From Octopus sinensis (Eukaryota), in assembly GCF_006345805.1 (NCBI RefSeq), contig NC_043003.1, positions 34,038,001 through 34,102,000 of the forward strand: 64,000 nt of DNA, written 5' to 3'. The notes below the pieces were generated by a model. It was not told the DNA's origin and made no database searches. It saw nothing but the letters and a program-made list of their open reading frames with translations. The position numbers were made by a program, and so were the translations under genes. Within the stretch, counting starts at the first letter, position 1; every line of letters begins with the position of its first letter. Positions 37,719-50,215 of the stretch are shown here, piece by piece.

Positions 37719-37765
37719 AAGTTCTTGTGTGGTATTAACACTTGCCCGGAGTATGTGCCTTCAGG
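37719..37765 (-). CDS. Weak candidate 47 nt antisense exon (PEGTYSGQVLIPHKN)
   Basis: Minus strand ttaattcctcatattag| acceptor and ctt|gtaagt donor; one open frame; no partner exon found. Confidence 0.25.
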
Positions 37766-38251
37766 CTAATATGAGGAATTAATATTTGATTTGAAACGTT
37801 GCAAAGCTATCTTTAACCAAGTGCAAACTACTGGGTGTATTGTGTCAAGCAATTTCTAATTATTTTGGATGCAGAACACTTTAATTAGTGCACTACAACA
37901 TAATTCTTCAACACTTCACGACAAATATTGAAACTTAAAGCAAGCCAAACTTAAACCAGTTCTTTAGGTACTTGTGATTACTAAGACACAAATGAAGGAA
38001 AATAATTGCAGTAATTTCGTCTCAAGAATTGCTGTATTGATAGCTTACATAATGCTCATACAATAAATTAAATATATCTTACATTCTATGCATATTATGA
38101 TATATACATCCTTTCCATGCGTACGTTTGAGTGTTGGTATTCTATATATACATATATGTTTGTCTCTACGTATTTGTATTTGTAAGCATGTATCTGTATA
38201 TACATGCATACATACATATACTTACATACATACATACATACATACACGCAT

Positions 38252-38320
<69 letters not shown>

Positions 38321-38398
38321 TGTGTGTGTGTACATCTATATGCATATAATGTATGTATATAACTATATACACACACACATATATATATATATATATAG

Positions 38399-38432
<34 letters not shown>

Positions 38433-38928
38433 TATATATCAGTCTATGATTCTATCTTTCTATCTATCTATATATCTATATTTATATACATTTGTATATT
38501 TATATATTTTATATATATATAATATATATATATATAATATATAATATATATATATAATTATATATATAACCTGCTGCTTATATGTATGAATATAAGTATG
38601 TACGTATGATTATATGTATGTATGTATATATGTATGTATGTATGAATGTTTGTATGCATGTATGTATTTATGCATGTATGTATGACATCGTAAATATAGA
38701 GAGAAGCGTTATTTGATATTTTAAGGCAAAATTGTTCAAAAGCCAACACAATCAAAGTAAATTGAAATAAAGGAGTGACAGGAGGAAGCGAAAACAAAAG
38801 GATATTAACCCTCAAATACTGAAATATAAGGTAAAGTGTAAACTATTGTTCTGAATTCTTTATTTCTGTTTCTACATATGTATTTCAATGTGCATTATGT
38901 TGAATTTGAACAATTTTAACTATGTAAT

Positions 38929-38980
<52 letters not shown>

Positions 38981-39260
38981 TATTGAAATTATCTCTTCTA
39001 TATGAATCAACAACGAATGCAGTAAGGTTATTGTTTTCTTTCTTCAACTAGCGAAAAATTCTTATTCTTTACGAATGTTTTTTGCATCCGTTCCTACTTC
39101 ATGTATATCACACAATGTATTGTATTCTAATTTGCATGTGTATTGTACAATATATTATATTCCGCATTCATCTAAAGCAATATATTCCAAATATATGAGT
39201 GCATTACCGAAAGCAATGCAAACGTGAAAAAAAGTTGTTTATTTTTACTAACTTGTATAG

Positions 39261-39299
39261 GTCCTTTAACCTGCTCATGTTGATTGAGCAACTTCTAAG
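39261..39299 (+). CDS. Candidate 39 nt phase 2-2 exon (xSFNLLMLIEQLLx) of an unidentified gene
   Basis: Perfect TACTAAC branch point, ttgtatag| acceptor, aag|gtaaca donor; the other two frames contain stops. Confidence 0.6.
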
Positions 39300-39399
39300 G
39301 TAACATACTACTCAGCATAGCGTCCCATTCAAGCAATAAATCTCCATCATTGTTAAATCCGAATCTTGAATATTTGTTAAAAAATTCAGATGTACGTTA

Positions 39400-39650
39400 G
39401 AACACGCTTCTTTCTCAATTTCATATCGTCTTTGTCATTAAATGCTTGTTCACGAAGACTGTTCTCCATTGTACACGCTTCTTTCTCAATTCATATCGTC
39501 TTTGTCATTAAATGCTTGTTCTCGAAGACTGTTCTCCATTGTACCGAAGACGTCGAGCTTGCGGATGCCCCAGATTTGAACTGTACTATGGATGGGAAAC
39601 ACATAGCCCAGCTCAATTTGCCGATCACATGATTTTTCGCCGAATATGAG
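39400..39650 (-). mobile_element. Decayed RTE LINE C-terminal fragment containing a ~71 bp tandem duplication (39402-39543)
   Basis: ASASSTSSVQWRTVFENKHL.TK resembles ASAAFGRL..RVF.N..L...TK; the unit acacgcttctttctcaatt...gttctccattgt is repeated twice. Confidence 0.45.
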
Positions 39651-39842
39651 AAGATATGTAATTATATTCTATAAACTGACCCTTCATTTCATGATCATAA
39701 AGATGCAACCGCATTTCATACCCTGTCGTCATATTGGGAAAAACAAAACCTTTCTTCTGGATTTAAAAGTTTTCAGCATATCAGAGCAGACTTCTATCCG
39801 TCTCTCCAAACTTGTGTGTCAACAGAATACATTTTAAGATAT

Positions 39843-40061
39843 ACTCTCTCTTTTACTCTTTTACTTGTTTCAGTCATTTGACTGCGGCCATGCTGGAGCA
39901 CCACCTTTTAGTCAAGCAAATCGACCCCGGGACTTATTCTTTCTAAGCCCAGTACTTATTCTATCGGGCTCTTTTGCCGAACCGCTAAGTGACGGGGACA
40001 TAAACACACCAGCATCGGTTGTCAAGCAATGCTAGAGGGACAAACACAGACACATAAACAT

Positions 40062-40117
<56 letters not shown>

Positions 40118-40250
40118 GACAGGCTTCTTTCAGTTTCCGTCTACCAAATCCACTCACAAGGCATTGGTCGGCCCGGGGCTATAGCAGAAGACACTTACCC
40201 AAGATGCCACACAGAGTGGGACTGAACCCGGAACCATGTGGCTGGTATCC
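39843..40250 (-). mobile_element. tRNA-derived SINE (family C) with an internal (CA)(TA) microsatellite
   Basis: tactcttttacttgtttcagtcatttgactgcggccatgctggagc ... gtgggactgaacccggaaccatgtgg (B box on the minus strand). Confidence 0.92.
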
Positions 40251-40903
40251 AAAAATTTACATCTTCTTAAATATCTTGTGCCCTCAGTCAGGCGGTGCAG
40301 CATGATTATTCATGAATTGAAACTCGTCTTTCCACGCAGTTCAGTTTGTCTAATTGATGATTTAAGACATTGGTCGTAGTTGAAGGTCTCCCACTGAGCA
40401 GGCTATCTTTGATATTAACTTTACATTATCTAAACTTCTTCAGTTACCTCTTCATATCACTCTTCTTATAAGCATCACCTCTGTTAACAACCTGCTGCAT
40501 GCAGTGGATGTAAGATAGACTGAACCTTTCTTTTGCTAAAAACTTAATGAGGGTGCGTTACTTCGGCTTGGAAATCGTTATATTCCTCTAATGAAGAAGA
40601 AAGCAATAAAAGATAACTAAAGGGGAAGACCTATTCTAAGAAAAAGAGAAATTTGTACGAGTTATGTCTGTTTATACAGAATTCATGACCAATAGGCATA
40701 ATATTCATTAGAATTCACGTATTACACAAAATATTACGTTGCATATTACACTACATATACATTTTGCAATAAATTGTATTCTTAGATATCATATGATACA
40801 CAATGCATCAGATATGATATGCAACAAATAGCACATACAGTATATGTTTAAAATCTGCTGTTTTACACACACTCACACACACACACACACACGCACACAC
40901 ACA

Positions 40904-40953
<50 letters not shown>

Positions 40954-41486
40954 CATGCCTTTATTCTTAGGATAAAACAGTCTACAATTTGTCATATCGC
41001 AAACCTCTTCCACAACTTCCATTTCATGATGGTACTCATCCAAAGGCTTCTTCTAATTCTTTTCATCACCTTCGTGTACTTTATGAAACGTATTATGTAT
41101 CAAATATGACATGTATTATGATACATTATATTCCATTTTCAACAAACTTAATTCACTTGACGATTTGCTATCGCAACAAAAGATTGACATTAACGATAGT
41201 CAAAAGGAAGCAATATTTTTAATTCAAAGGCAGTCATACAAGTAACCCTCTAATGAAATGTATTCATGTATGCATGTAAATATGTACGTATGCATGAATG
41301 TAGTTGCATATATATATATATTACTATATATATATATAATATTAGATATATATATAGATATATTATGCAATCATACTTATAAACAACTACACATATATAC
41401 TTGCGTATATACATACAATATACAGTATGTATCTCTGTTTTTGTTTCTGAGAGACAAAGTTTACGGCGATTTTCATATGTATATTT

Positions 41487-41767
41487 GGTACTATTTAAGA
41501 AGTACTCGCGCATCCGCGCTAGCTAGTCGTGACTAGTCGATCCTACAACGACTACCTAGTAAATGAAACAGAAAAACACAAAATAGATTATTTTTTTACA
41601 CAAATTAATTATTTTTTTAAAACAAAGTAAATAAAACACAAAAACACAAAGTAAATAATTAAAAAAACACACAAAAACAAAATATGGATCGACAATTCAC
41701 GACTAGCTAGCGCGGATGTGCGAGTACGCGAGTGCGCGTACCGTGACCATTCTTCTTAAATAGTACC
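41487..41767. mobile_element. CpG-rich MITE with bipartite inverted repeats
   Basis: Outer ggtactatttaagaag / cttcttaaatagtacc; inner gtactcgcgcatccgcgctagctagtcgtga / tcacgactagctagcgcggatgtgcgagtac; A-rich spacer. Confidence 0.8.
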
Positions 41768-41883
41768 GTATATTTTATGTAATATAATGAAGTAACTTAT
41801 TTTAATACTACACACACACACATACACACACACAATTGATGTAGAAATACATACAGATATATATTTGTTTAAGTGTCCGTGGT

Positions 41884-41924
<41 letters not shown>

Positions 41925-42281
41925 GAACTTTTGGGCGCATGCTCATGCGTCTTTACGCATGTGCATGTGGAGTCCATATACCTCCCTCACAAAAACAGTT
42001 CTTCAAAGAACAACACGTTCAGCCAAAGATCTTGATGAATACGATTACAATTTACTGGATTTTTGAGCTAACTTTAGCATTCTTTCTTTACATATATGAA
42101 TGCATGTATCTGTGTAGATCGTTTGTAATGATGTGTAAATTCATATATTCATGTATTGCTTTTGTTGTATATGTATACATACAGACACAATTTTATACAT
42201 TTATATATGTATATACTTGTATACATGCATATTTATATATAAATATGTATGTGCATATATATATATTCATTTATATATATA

Positions 42282-42663
42282 CTAGCAGTATCGCCCGCGT
42301 TGCTCGGGTTTTGTAAGGAAATAACTATAAAGCATTTTTAGAGAGTTATTAGCCAAAAAATAGCAAAAAGGGGAAAAAAATGATGGTAATTTTTTTTTGA
42401 TAGTTAATAAAAGTCGAGTTGCGTCCCCTAGACCATCTGTGGTTTGTCTTTCTGATTGTCGACCCCATGTCGAATTTATTGATCTTTTTCAGAACTGGGG
42501 GACCTTTTCAAAATTTTCGCGCGTTAGTTTTGAATTATGACATTGGGCTATGTGTGTGTCAAGTTTCATCAGAATTTGTTGAAGGCGTGTGGTCAGGGTG
42601 AGGGTACAAGCAAACAGACACACAGAAACCCACAACAACAAACTGCCGTTTATATTAGAGAGA
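42282..42663 (-). mobile_element. Non-autonomous Helitron (same 3' end family as 20743-21134)
   Basis: Minus strand A|TCtctctaatataaac ... cccgagcaacgcgggcgatactgCTAG|T. Confidence 0.85.
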
Positions 42664-42885
42664 TATTCTACACCCACACACACATATATATATATATGTA
42701 AACATTGCATATATAGAGAGTGACAAATGCATATGAATATAGATACATACATATGCACACACATACACTCGCATACATACACACGCAAACACAAGCACAT
42801 ACATAAAAACTTATTTATATAATATAAGGATATATATGTATGTACGTGTTAGAGATGCAGACTCATAAATACAGTGTTTGTTTAC

Positions 42886-42886
<1 letters not shown>

Positions 42887-42944
<58 letters not shown>

Positions 42945-43071
42945 TATAGATGTAGATAGATCATAGATAGATAGATAGATGATAGATAGATAGATAGATG
43001 ATAGATGCTGGATAGATAGATATTAGATAGATAGATAGAAAGATAGATAGATAGACAGACAGATAGATAGT

Positions 43072-43143
<72 letters not shown>

Positions 43144-43159
43144 CAGACAGATAGATAGT

Positions 43160-43204
<45 letters not shown>

Positions 43205-43216
43205 GATAGATAGATA
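42887..43216. repeat. (GATA)n tetranucleotide array
   Basis: Directly visible; contiguous with the 3' end of the Tx1 element. Confidence 0.97.
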
Positions 43217-44045
43217 ATTTTCTTTATTAGCCACACAGGGCTGCACACAGATAGAACAAATTACAAGTAGATGCTTTTCTTTGAAGGTATTAAAAAAAAA
43301 AAAAAAAAAAGGAAGGGGAGGTTCGATCAAAAGGGATCGTAAAGGAGAGAAAGAGGACCAAAATAAGGGGGGTTAAAAAAAAAAAAAGGGGGGGGGGAGG
43401 GAAAAAAAATGATCAATAGGGATCGTTATCACAGAAATGTCAATGAAGTGTAAAGGGGAGACAGTGAGGTTTCCCCGTGGAAAGAAAAGCCTGCGGAAAA
43501 GACCACGGTAACCTCGGTCAATGAAGTCACATTTTATATTTCTTTTTTTTTTTTTTTTTTTTTTGCAAATAAGCAACTCTCTGTTTTCGATTTCTGGGTC
43601 ATAGGACTATGCTCAAGGTGGCTTCGTCATCTACTGCCTTCTTGCTACATTCATTCACCCATCTTTTTAAAACATCGCTAGACAAAACTTGCCTCTCTAC
43701 TCTCACTTTTCTTTTCAAGTGGTACTGAAGAAGTTGATGAGAGATTGACCAGAGAGGAAGTTTTGTCTCCATCCTTTCAGACGCGTCCACCAGATAATTC
43801 TTTCGCCATGCCACAAGGAATGAAAATAGCTCTTCCTTCCCGTTTGAAGGAAGGAGGCGTGACAATATTGACGATAGACTCAGCTGATAAACCGACTCGT
43901 CCCACACGTGACAGCAGTTGTTCGACATAACCCACAGGTCGGAAATTGTTTGACACTGAACGACGAGTGCGTGCAGAACGGTTTCGTCGCTCTGACCGCA
44001 TCTCGGCAGGTCGGCCCCGTGTTTCTCGAGCCGTGTCTGTAGAGC
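43217..44045 (-). mobile_element. 5'-truncated L1/Tx1-clade LINE 3' end (CCHC knuckle, C-terminus, 3' UTR) embedded in (TATC)n
   Basis: Minus strand PRCGQSDETVLHALVVQC (knuckle relic), YVEQLLSRVGRVGLSAESIVNI, HLKRKVRVERQVLSS..KRWVN, stop at 43599, pyrimidine-rich UTR, then aataaagaaaat(TATC)n. Confidence 0.85.
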
Positions 44046-44080
<35 letters not shown>

Positions 44081-44449
44081 AAGTACATCTGTATTCGTGT
44101 ATGTGGATGTGATATTATGTGTATGTATTAATGTATGACTGCATGTATTTATGCAAGTCTGATTGCATTTGTTGCTGTAAATTGACAGCAATTCTTTAAC
44201 CGAAATTTTTTTTGGAGATGAAAACTAGAAAGAACTAGATGTAGTCAAGAAGAAATAAAGACAATATTTGATAAACCACTCCTTCATTGCACCAAAAAAC
44301 ATTTTTATAAACACATAGAAACACACGTGCACACACACACACACGCACACAACCGTGGAGACAGGCGATGTACCGTAAGAGAGGGAATACAAAGGAGTGA
44401 CAGAGAGAGAGAGAGAGGGAGAAATGAATAGACAAGAAAATACGTCAAC

Positions 44450-44641
44450 AAGAAACTATGGCATTACAACCAGCCAGGAACAGTCTTCGCTACATTTGCG
44501 TACCTGCCAGAGGGAGTGTTTGTCCAGGATAGGACTACACAGCCACAGCAGGAAATGTATCAGGACAGGACATGAAATGTAAAAGCCGACTAGACTACTT
44601 TATGCGCAACTCCATTGTCTCCGAGACAAAAAGGTGCCACC
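44450..44641 (+). mobile_element. RTE (BovB-like) LINE 3' end
   Basis: TCQRECLSRIGLHSHSRKC is the typical RTE C-terminal C..C.SRIGL.SH...C motif; the short UTR gcgcaactccattgtctccgagac follows. Confidence 0.85.
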
Positions 44642-44723
44642 AATATATATATGTACACACATATACATATATATACATACACCACATATATTATATATAT
44701 ATATATATATATATCTATATATA

Positions 44724-44765
<42 letters not shown>

Positions 44766-44784
44766 AGATAGATAGATAGATAGG

Positions 44785-44827
<43 letters not shown>

Positions 44828-44967
44828 GGATAGATAGATTGATAATACATACATAGATACATATATATATAAATATACATATATATATACACACACATTT
44901 ATATGCATACGCACACACACACACACATATATATATACATATACATACATGCCTTATGGGTGTGTAT

Positions 44968-45010
<43 letters not shown>

Positions 45011-45459
45011 GTGTGTGTGTGTGTGTACTTATCTATAATACATTAAAAGTGAAGTTCAATCTTGCTTGCAATGTTACACAGCCAAACTGGCGAATAATGG
45101 GAAAACACTTTGAAAGTAAAATTCCTCCGAGATATGAATGCAAGCAGAAAAAACAAGTTTCGCTTCAATCGGAAGAGTGGTTAATAAGATATTCGAGGGT
45201 TTGGTGTATAAATACCCAAAGTGCTGAATAATGGGAAAATACTCCGAAAATAACTTAACCCTGAAAAAGAAGAAACTAATCTTTCCATTAGACACATTAT
45301 GATGCACAAAATATTTTGAATAGAAGATGACTTTAAAAATACAGCGAATACTTCGTAAGACGCCCGTTCTTCACCTAGGTGTGAAATATTATTTTTCCAT
45401 AGCTCTCTTTCGAGTGCATTCAACATATCTCATCTCCAAAGATTTGGCTGTTATTTATA

Positions 45460-45525
45460 GCACACCCTGCTGCCACGTAACAGGTATTTACGCTGAAGGA
45501 CCCTGTACGTGGTAGCAGGGTGTGC
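45460..45525. other. 66 nt GC-rich near-perfect hairpin (pre-miRNA-sized)
   Basis: gcacaccctgctgccacgtaacagg / cctgtacgtggtagcagggtgtgc: 24 pairs including one G-U, one bulged A, 17 nt loop. Confidence 0.8.
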
Positions 45526-45619
45526 AGGCACACACACGCAACACCACACACACATGTATATATATATATATATATTATATAATATAATCTATATATATAT
45601 ATATATATATATACTATAT

Positions 45620-45765
45620 ATGTATTTTAGGCCTTTGTTCAATTTCTGTCTACGAAATCCACTCACAATTCTTTGGTGTGCCCCAAGCTATAGTGGTAGA
45701 CACATGTGCATTGTACTATGCAGTGGGGCTAAACCCGAACAAATGTGGTTTGGAAGTAAGTTAGT
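45620..45765 (-). mobile_element. Partial family C SINE (head region)
   Basis: ctgtctacgaaatccactcac...gctatagtggtagacac...cagtggggctaaacccgaacaaatgtggttt. Confidence 0.75.
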
Positions 45766-45937
45766 ACATAGAAATATATACGTATATGTATGTGTGCATG
45801 GTTTTATATATATATACACAAGATAAGAAAATGGAGAAATACATCTAAATCAAATATCAATTACCAGATAATACTCAATCACATACTTTATTAACCACCA
45901 CATTGCATTCACAACCCTTATCATCAATTTGTATATG

Positions 45938-45981
<44 letters not shown>

Positions 45982-46085
45982 TATATATATACATATATAC
46001 ACACACCATATATATATATACATACACACACTCATATATTTATATATGTATACATATGTATACATATAAGTGCATGTCTGTGTAA

Positions 46086-46132
<47 letters not shown>

Positions 46133-46135
<3 letters not shown>

Positions 46136-46837
46136 CAATTAAGGACAACTACTTAATAAGGAAACTTACAAGAAATTGTCAGGTAGATAGCGTGAAAACC
46201 TCATAAGAGAAAAAATTTCGAAAATAATTATTTCTTATTGAACATATTAATTTATATATAGAGGGCATTATACATACATGCCAGAGGGCATTATACATAC
46301 ATGCCACACGCTAAGAGGGACAATTAGTCATTTCTACCAAAAAATATTACTAATCCCACCGAATGCAATTTTTCAAGTAAGACATTTAAAAAATAAACCT
46401 GGTTCACAGTGATTTCATACTACGTATTCATCAGCAGGCCTGGATGTATCATACATAAACGACCCTGCCTCGCTTAAGCCGATCAGCTAACTGATCAACA
46501 TCAACGAAGCACATGGGTGAGTTTACATATCTACATCCGGTAAATGGCAGACTTTTACGAATTGCCTTTCGGGAAAGGAAGTTTTTTCGGAATAAAAATT
46601 TAGCAATTAAGGACAACCTACTTAATAGGAAAACTTAACAAGAAATTGTCAGGTAGATAGCGTGAAAACCTCATAAGACAAAAAATTTCGAAAATAATTA
46701 TTTCTTATTGAACAACATATTATTTTAATCGGTGGGATTAGTAATATTTTGGTAGAAATGACTAATTGTCCCTCTTAGCGTGTGACATGTATGTATAATG
46801 CCCTCTGGCATGTATGTATAATGCCCTCTATATATAA
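46133..46837. mobile_element. Composite element A-B-C-A'-B'(inverted): ~117 bp direct repeats plus ~110 bp inverted repeats
   Basis: A 46133-46249 matches A' 46601-46722 (tagcaattaaggacaac...ttattgaac); B 46252-46362 is the reverse complement of 46729-46837, including a duplicated 23 bp unit agagggcattatacatacatgcc. Confidence 0.85.
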
Positions 46838-46930
46838 ATATAATATATATTATATTATATATATATATATATACATATATGTATGTATATACATATTTAC
46901 TTATATATATATTCATAACACACACACACC

Positions 46931-46975
<45 letters not shown>

Positions 46976-47107
46976 CTATATATATATATTATTATATATA
47001 CATATGTATGTATGTATATACATATTTACTAAATATATCATACATAATATATACATATAATATTATATATTATATAGTATATATATATATGTATATATAT
47101 ATATATG

Positions 47108-47147
<40 letters not shown>

Positions 47148-47433
47148 CTGTGTGTGTGGTGTGTGTGTGTGTGTATGTATATGTACGCTTGCATGTACGG
47201 AAGGTGTATGCTTCTGCCTGTATCTGTGTGTATATCTCTGAAAGCTTTTTAAGGCATGTAGAGTAAGGTTTGTAAAGGAGTGTGAGTGTGATTGAAATAG
47301 AGAGCGTCTTTCAAAAACATAGACCTTATGATATCGTGCATAGATGAGAAAACAAGAAAGAAAGAAAATGAATAGGCACAAAGATAGGGTGATAGAAAAT
47401 TCCGAAGAAGGACGAAAGTGAAATATTTGTAAA

Positions 47434-48448
47434 AATATTGAACAATTACAGAAATATATTGAAAAACTAATGAAGTAAATATATTAAAATAAGAACAAGT
47501 TGACTGACAGGACGTATGGAAATTTATGTGAATGAGTGATGGGAATGAAGAAAATACTTATATGTCCGGGGTAAAACGACAGTAAAAGAAACGAATCACT
47601 ATATACAAGAGTGTGAAAGGAAGGAAGGGGCCTGATTGAGAATAGTGTGTATATACATATATTCTATATACACTCACAACATTTTAACATCATATATGGA
47701 CATATGTCTATGTTTTATATGCATACGTATAGGACATAAATAAATTAACATAGATGCGCATATATATGTATATTGTATAGGTATGTATGTATGTAGTATG
47801 CATTTACAAAAATTATATACGCACACCACACCACACACACACACATATATATATATATATACATATATATGTATGTATGTATCTCATCATCATCATCATC
47901 ATCATCATCGTTTAACGTCCGTTCTCTCCATGCTAGCATGGGTTGGATGGACGGTTCGACCGGGGATCTGGGAACCAGAAGGCTGCACCAGGCTCCAGTC
48001 TTATCTGGCAATGTTTCTAAAAGCTGGATGCCTTCTCGAACGCCAGGACCAACCACTCCGTGAGTGTAGTGGGTGCTTTTTACGTGCCACCTGCACAGTG
48101 CCAGGCGATGCTGGCAACGGCCGACGGTCGGATTGGTGTATTTTTTGTTCCACCTCCCACCGGCACGGAAGCCAGTCGAGGCGGCGCTGGCATCGGCCAC
48201 GAGTCGGATAGTGCTTTTTTACGTACCACCAGACCAGGTATCCTGGCTGGTTCATTTCGATTTCGATTTTGCTTGCCCCAACATGTCTTCGCAAGCAAAG
48301 GGGGTTGGCATGGGTGGCCTGTCGTACGGTTGGATTGGTGTATTTTACTGCCACCGGCACGGATGCCAGTGGAGGCGGCACTGGCATCGGCCACGAGTCT
48401 GATAGTGCTTTTTACGTACCACCCACAGGGATCCTGGCTGGTTCAGTT
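47434..48448. repeat. ~1 kb direct duplication of 48549-49538 across the gap (probable unmerged contig overlap)
   Basis: Same unique flank, microsatellites and RTE 3' UTR on both sides of the N run; differences are mostly small indels. Confidence 0.8.
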
Positions 48449-48548
48449 NNNNNNNNNNNNNNNNNNNNNNNNNNNNNNNNNNNNNNNNNNNNNNNNNNNN
48501 NNNNNNNNNNNNNNNNNNNNNNNNNNNNNNNNNNNNNNNNNNNNNNNN
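48449..48548. other. Assembly gap (100 N)
   Basis: Run of exactly 100 N, a placeholder length. Confidence 0.99.
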
Positions 48549-48990
48549 AATATTGAAACATTACAGAAATATATTGAAAACTAATGAAGTAAATATATTA
48601 AAATAAGAACAAGTTGACTGACAGGACGTATGGAAATTTATGTGAATGAGTGATGGGAATGAAGAAAATACTTATATGTCCGGGGTAAAACGACAGTAAA
48701 AGAAACGAATCACTATATAAAGAGTGTGAAAGGAAGGAAAGGGGCCTGATTGAGAATAGTGTGTATATACATATATTCTATATACACTCACAACATTTTA
48801 CACATATATGGACATATGTCTATGTTTATATGCATACGTATAGGACATAAATAAATTTATACATAGATGCGCATATATATGTATATTGTATATGTATGTA
48901 TGTATGTATGCATTTACAAAAACTTATATACGCACACACACACACACACACACACCATATATATATATATACATATATATGTATGTATGT

Positions 48991-49985
48991 ATCATCATCA
49001 TCATCATCATCATCATCGTTTAACGTCCGTTCTCCATGCTAGCATGGGTTGGACGGTTCGACCGGGGATCTGGGAAGCCAGAAGGTGCACCAGGCTCCAG
49101 TCTTATCTGGCATGTTTCGTTCTACAGCTGGACCTCCTAACGCCAACCACTCCGTGAGTGTAGTGGGTGATTTTTTTACGTGCCACCTGCACAGGTGCCA
49201 GGCGATGCTGGCAACGGCCACGGTCGGATTGGTGTATTTTATGTTCCACCGGCACGGAAGCCAGTCGAGGCGGCGCTGGCATCGGCCACGAGTCGGATAG
49301 TGCTTTTTACGTACCACCAGACCAGGTATCCTGGCTGGTTCAATTCGATTTCGATTTTGCTTGCCCCAACATGTCTTCGCAAGCAAAGGGGGTTGGCATG
49401 GGTGCCTGTCGTACGGTTGGATTGGTGTATTTTACGTGCCACCGGCACGGATGCCAGTGGAGGCGGCACTGGCATCGGCCACGAGTCGGATAGTGCTTTT
49501 TACGTACCACCAGACCAGGGATCCTGGCTGGTTCAGTTCGATTTCGCTTGCTCCAACATGTCTTCGCAAGCAAAGGGGGTTGGCATGGGTGCCTGTCGTC
49601 GGATGAGGTTCTATATCGACTTCGCTTGCCTCAACAGGTCTTTGTGTCCAAGGGAGGAAAGGCATTCATAAGCTGGGCTCACTTGTCCTGCCTGGTCTTC
49701 TCACGTACTGCATATTTCCAAAGGTCTCGGTCGCTGGTCATTTCCTCAGTGAGGCCTAAAGTTCGAAGGTCGTGCTTCACCACCTCGTCCCAGGTTTTCC
49801 TGAGTCTATCCTCTTCCACGGGTTCCCTCGACTGCTAGTGATTGCACTTTTTTCACACACCTATCTTCATCCATTCTCGCCACATGACCATACCAACCAG
49901 CGCAATCGTCTTCTGTTGCACACCACAACGATGCTCCTTAGGTCCAACATTTCTCAGGGTACTAACACTCTGTCGAGCATGCACA

Positions 49986-49990
<5 letters not shown>
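48991..49990 (-). mobile_element. 5'-truncated RTE LINE: ORF C-terminus (49679-49990), long GC-rich 3' UTR with ~193 bp tandem units, (GAT)n tail
   Basis: [10 protein letters not shown]...RRLR(W)[16 protein letters not shown]...EGTRGRG...[16 protein letters not shown]...DRDLWKYAV, broken by a frameshift and a stop. Confidence 0.92.
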
Positions 49991-50047
<57 letters not shown>

Positions 50048-50158
50048 ATATTATATACTGATATATATAAAATATATATATATGTACTTATATATATAAA
50101 TGCATATATATATATTTATACATACATGCATACATACGTATATACATACATATATATA

Positions 50159-50215
<57 letters not shown>

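Noticed and set aside
49226-49600. Repeat units considered as a CRISPR-like array
   Set aside because: Contiguous ~193 bp tandem units with no unique spacers, in a eukaryotic LINE context.
48001-49671. Many overlapping GC-rich ORFs on both strands
   Set aside because: They lie in the repeated 3' UTR of an RTE element and partly run into the N gap.
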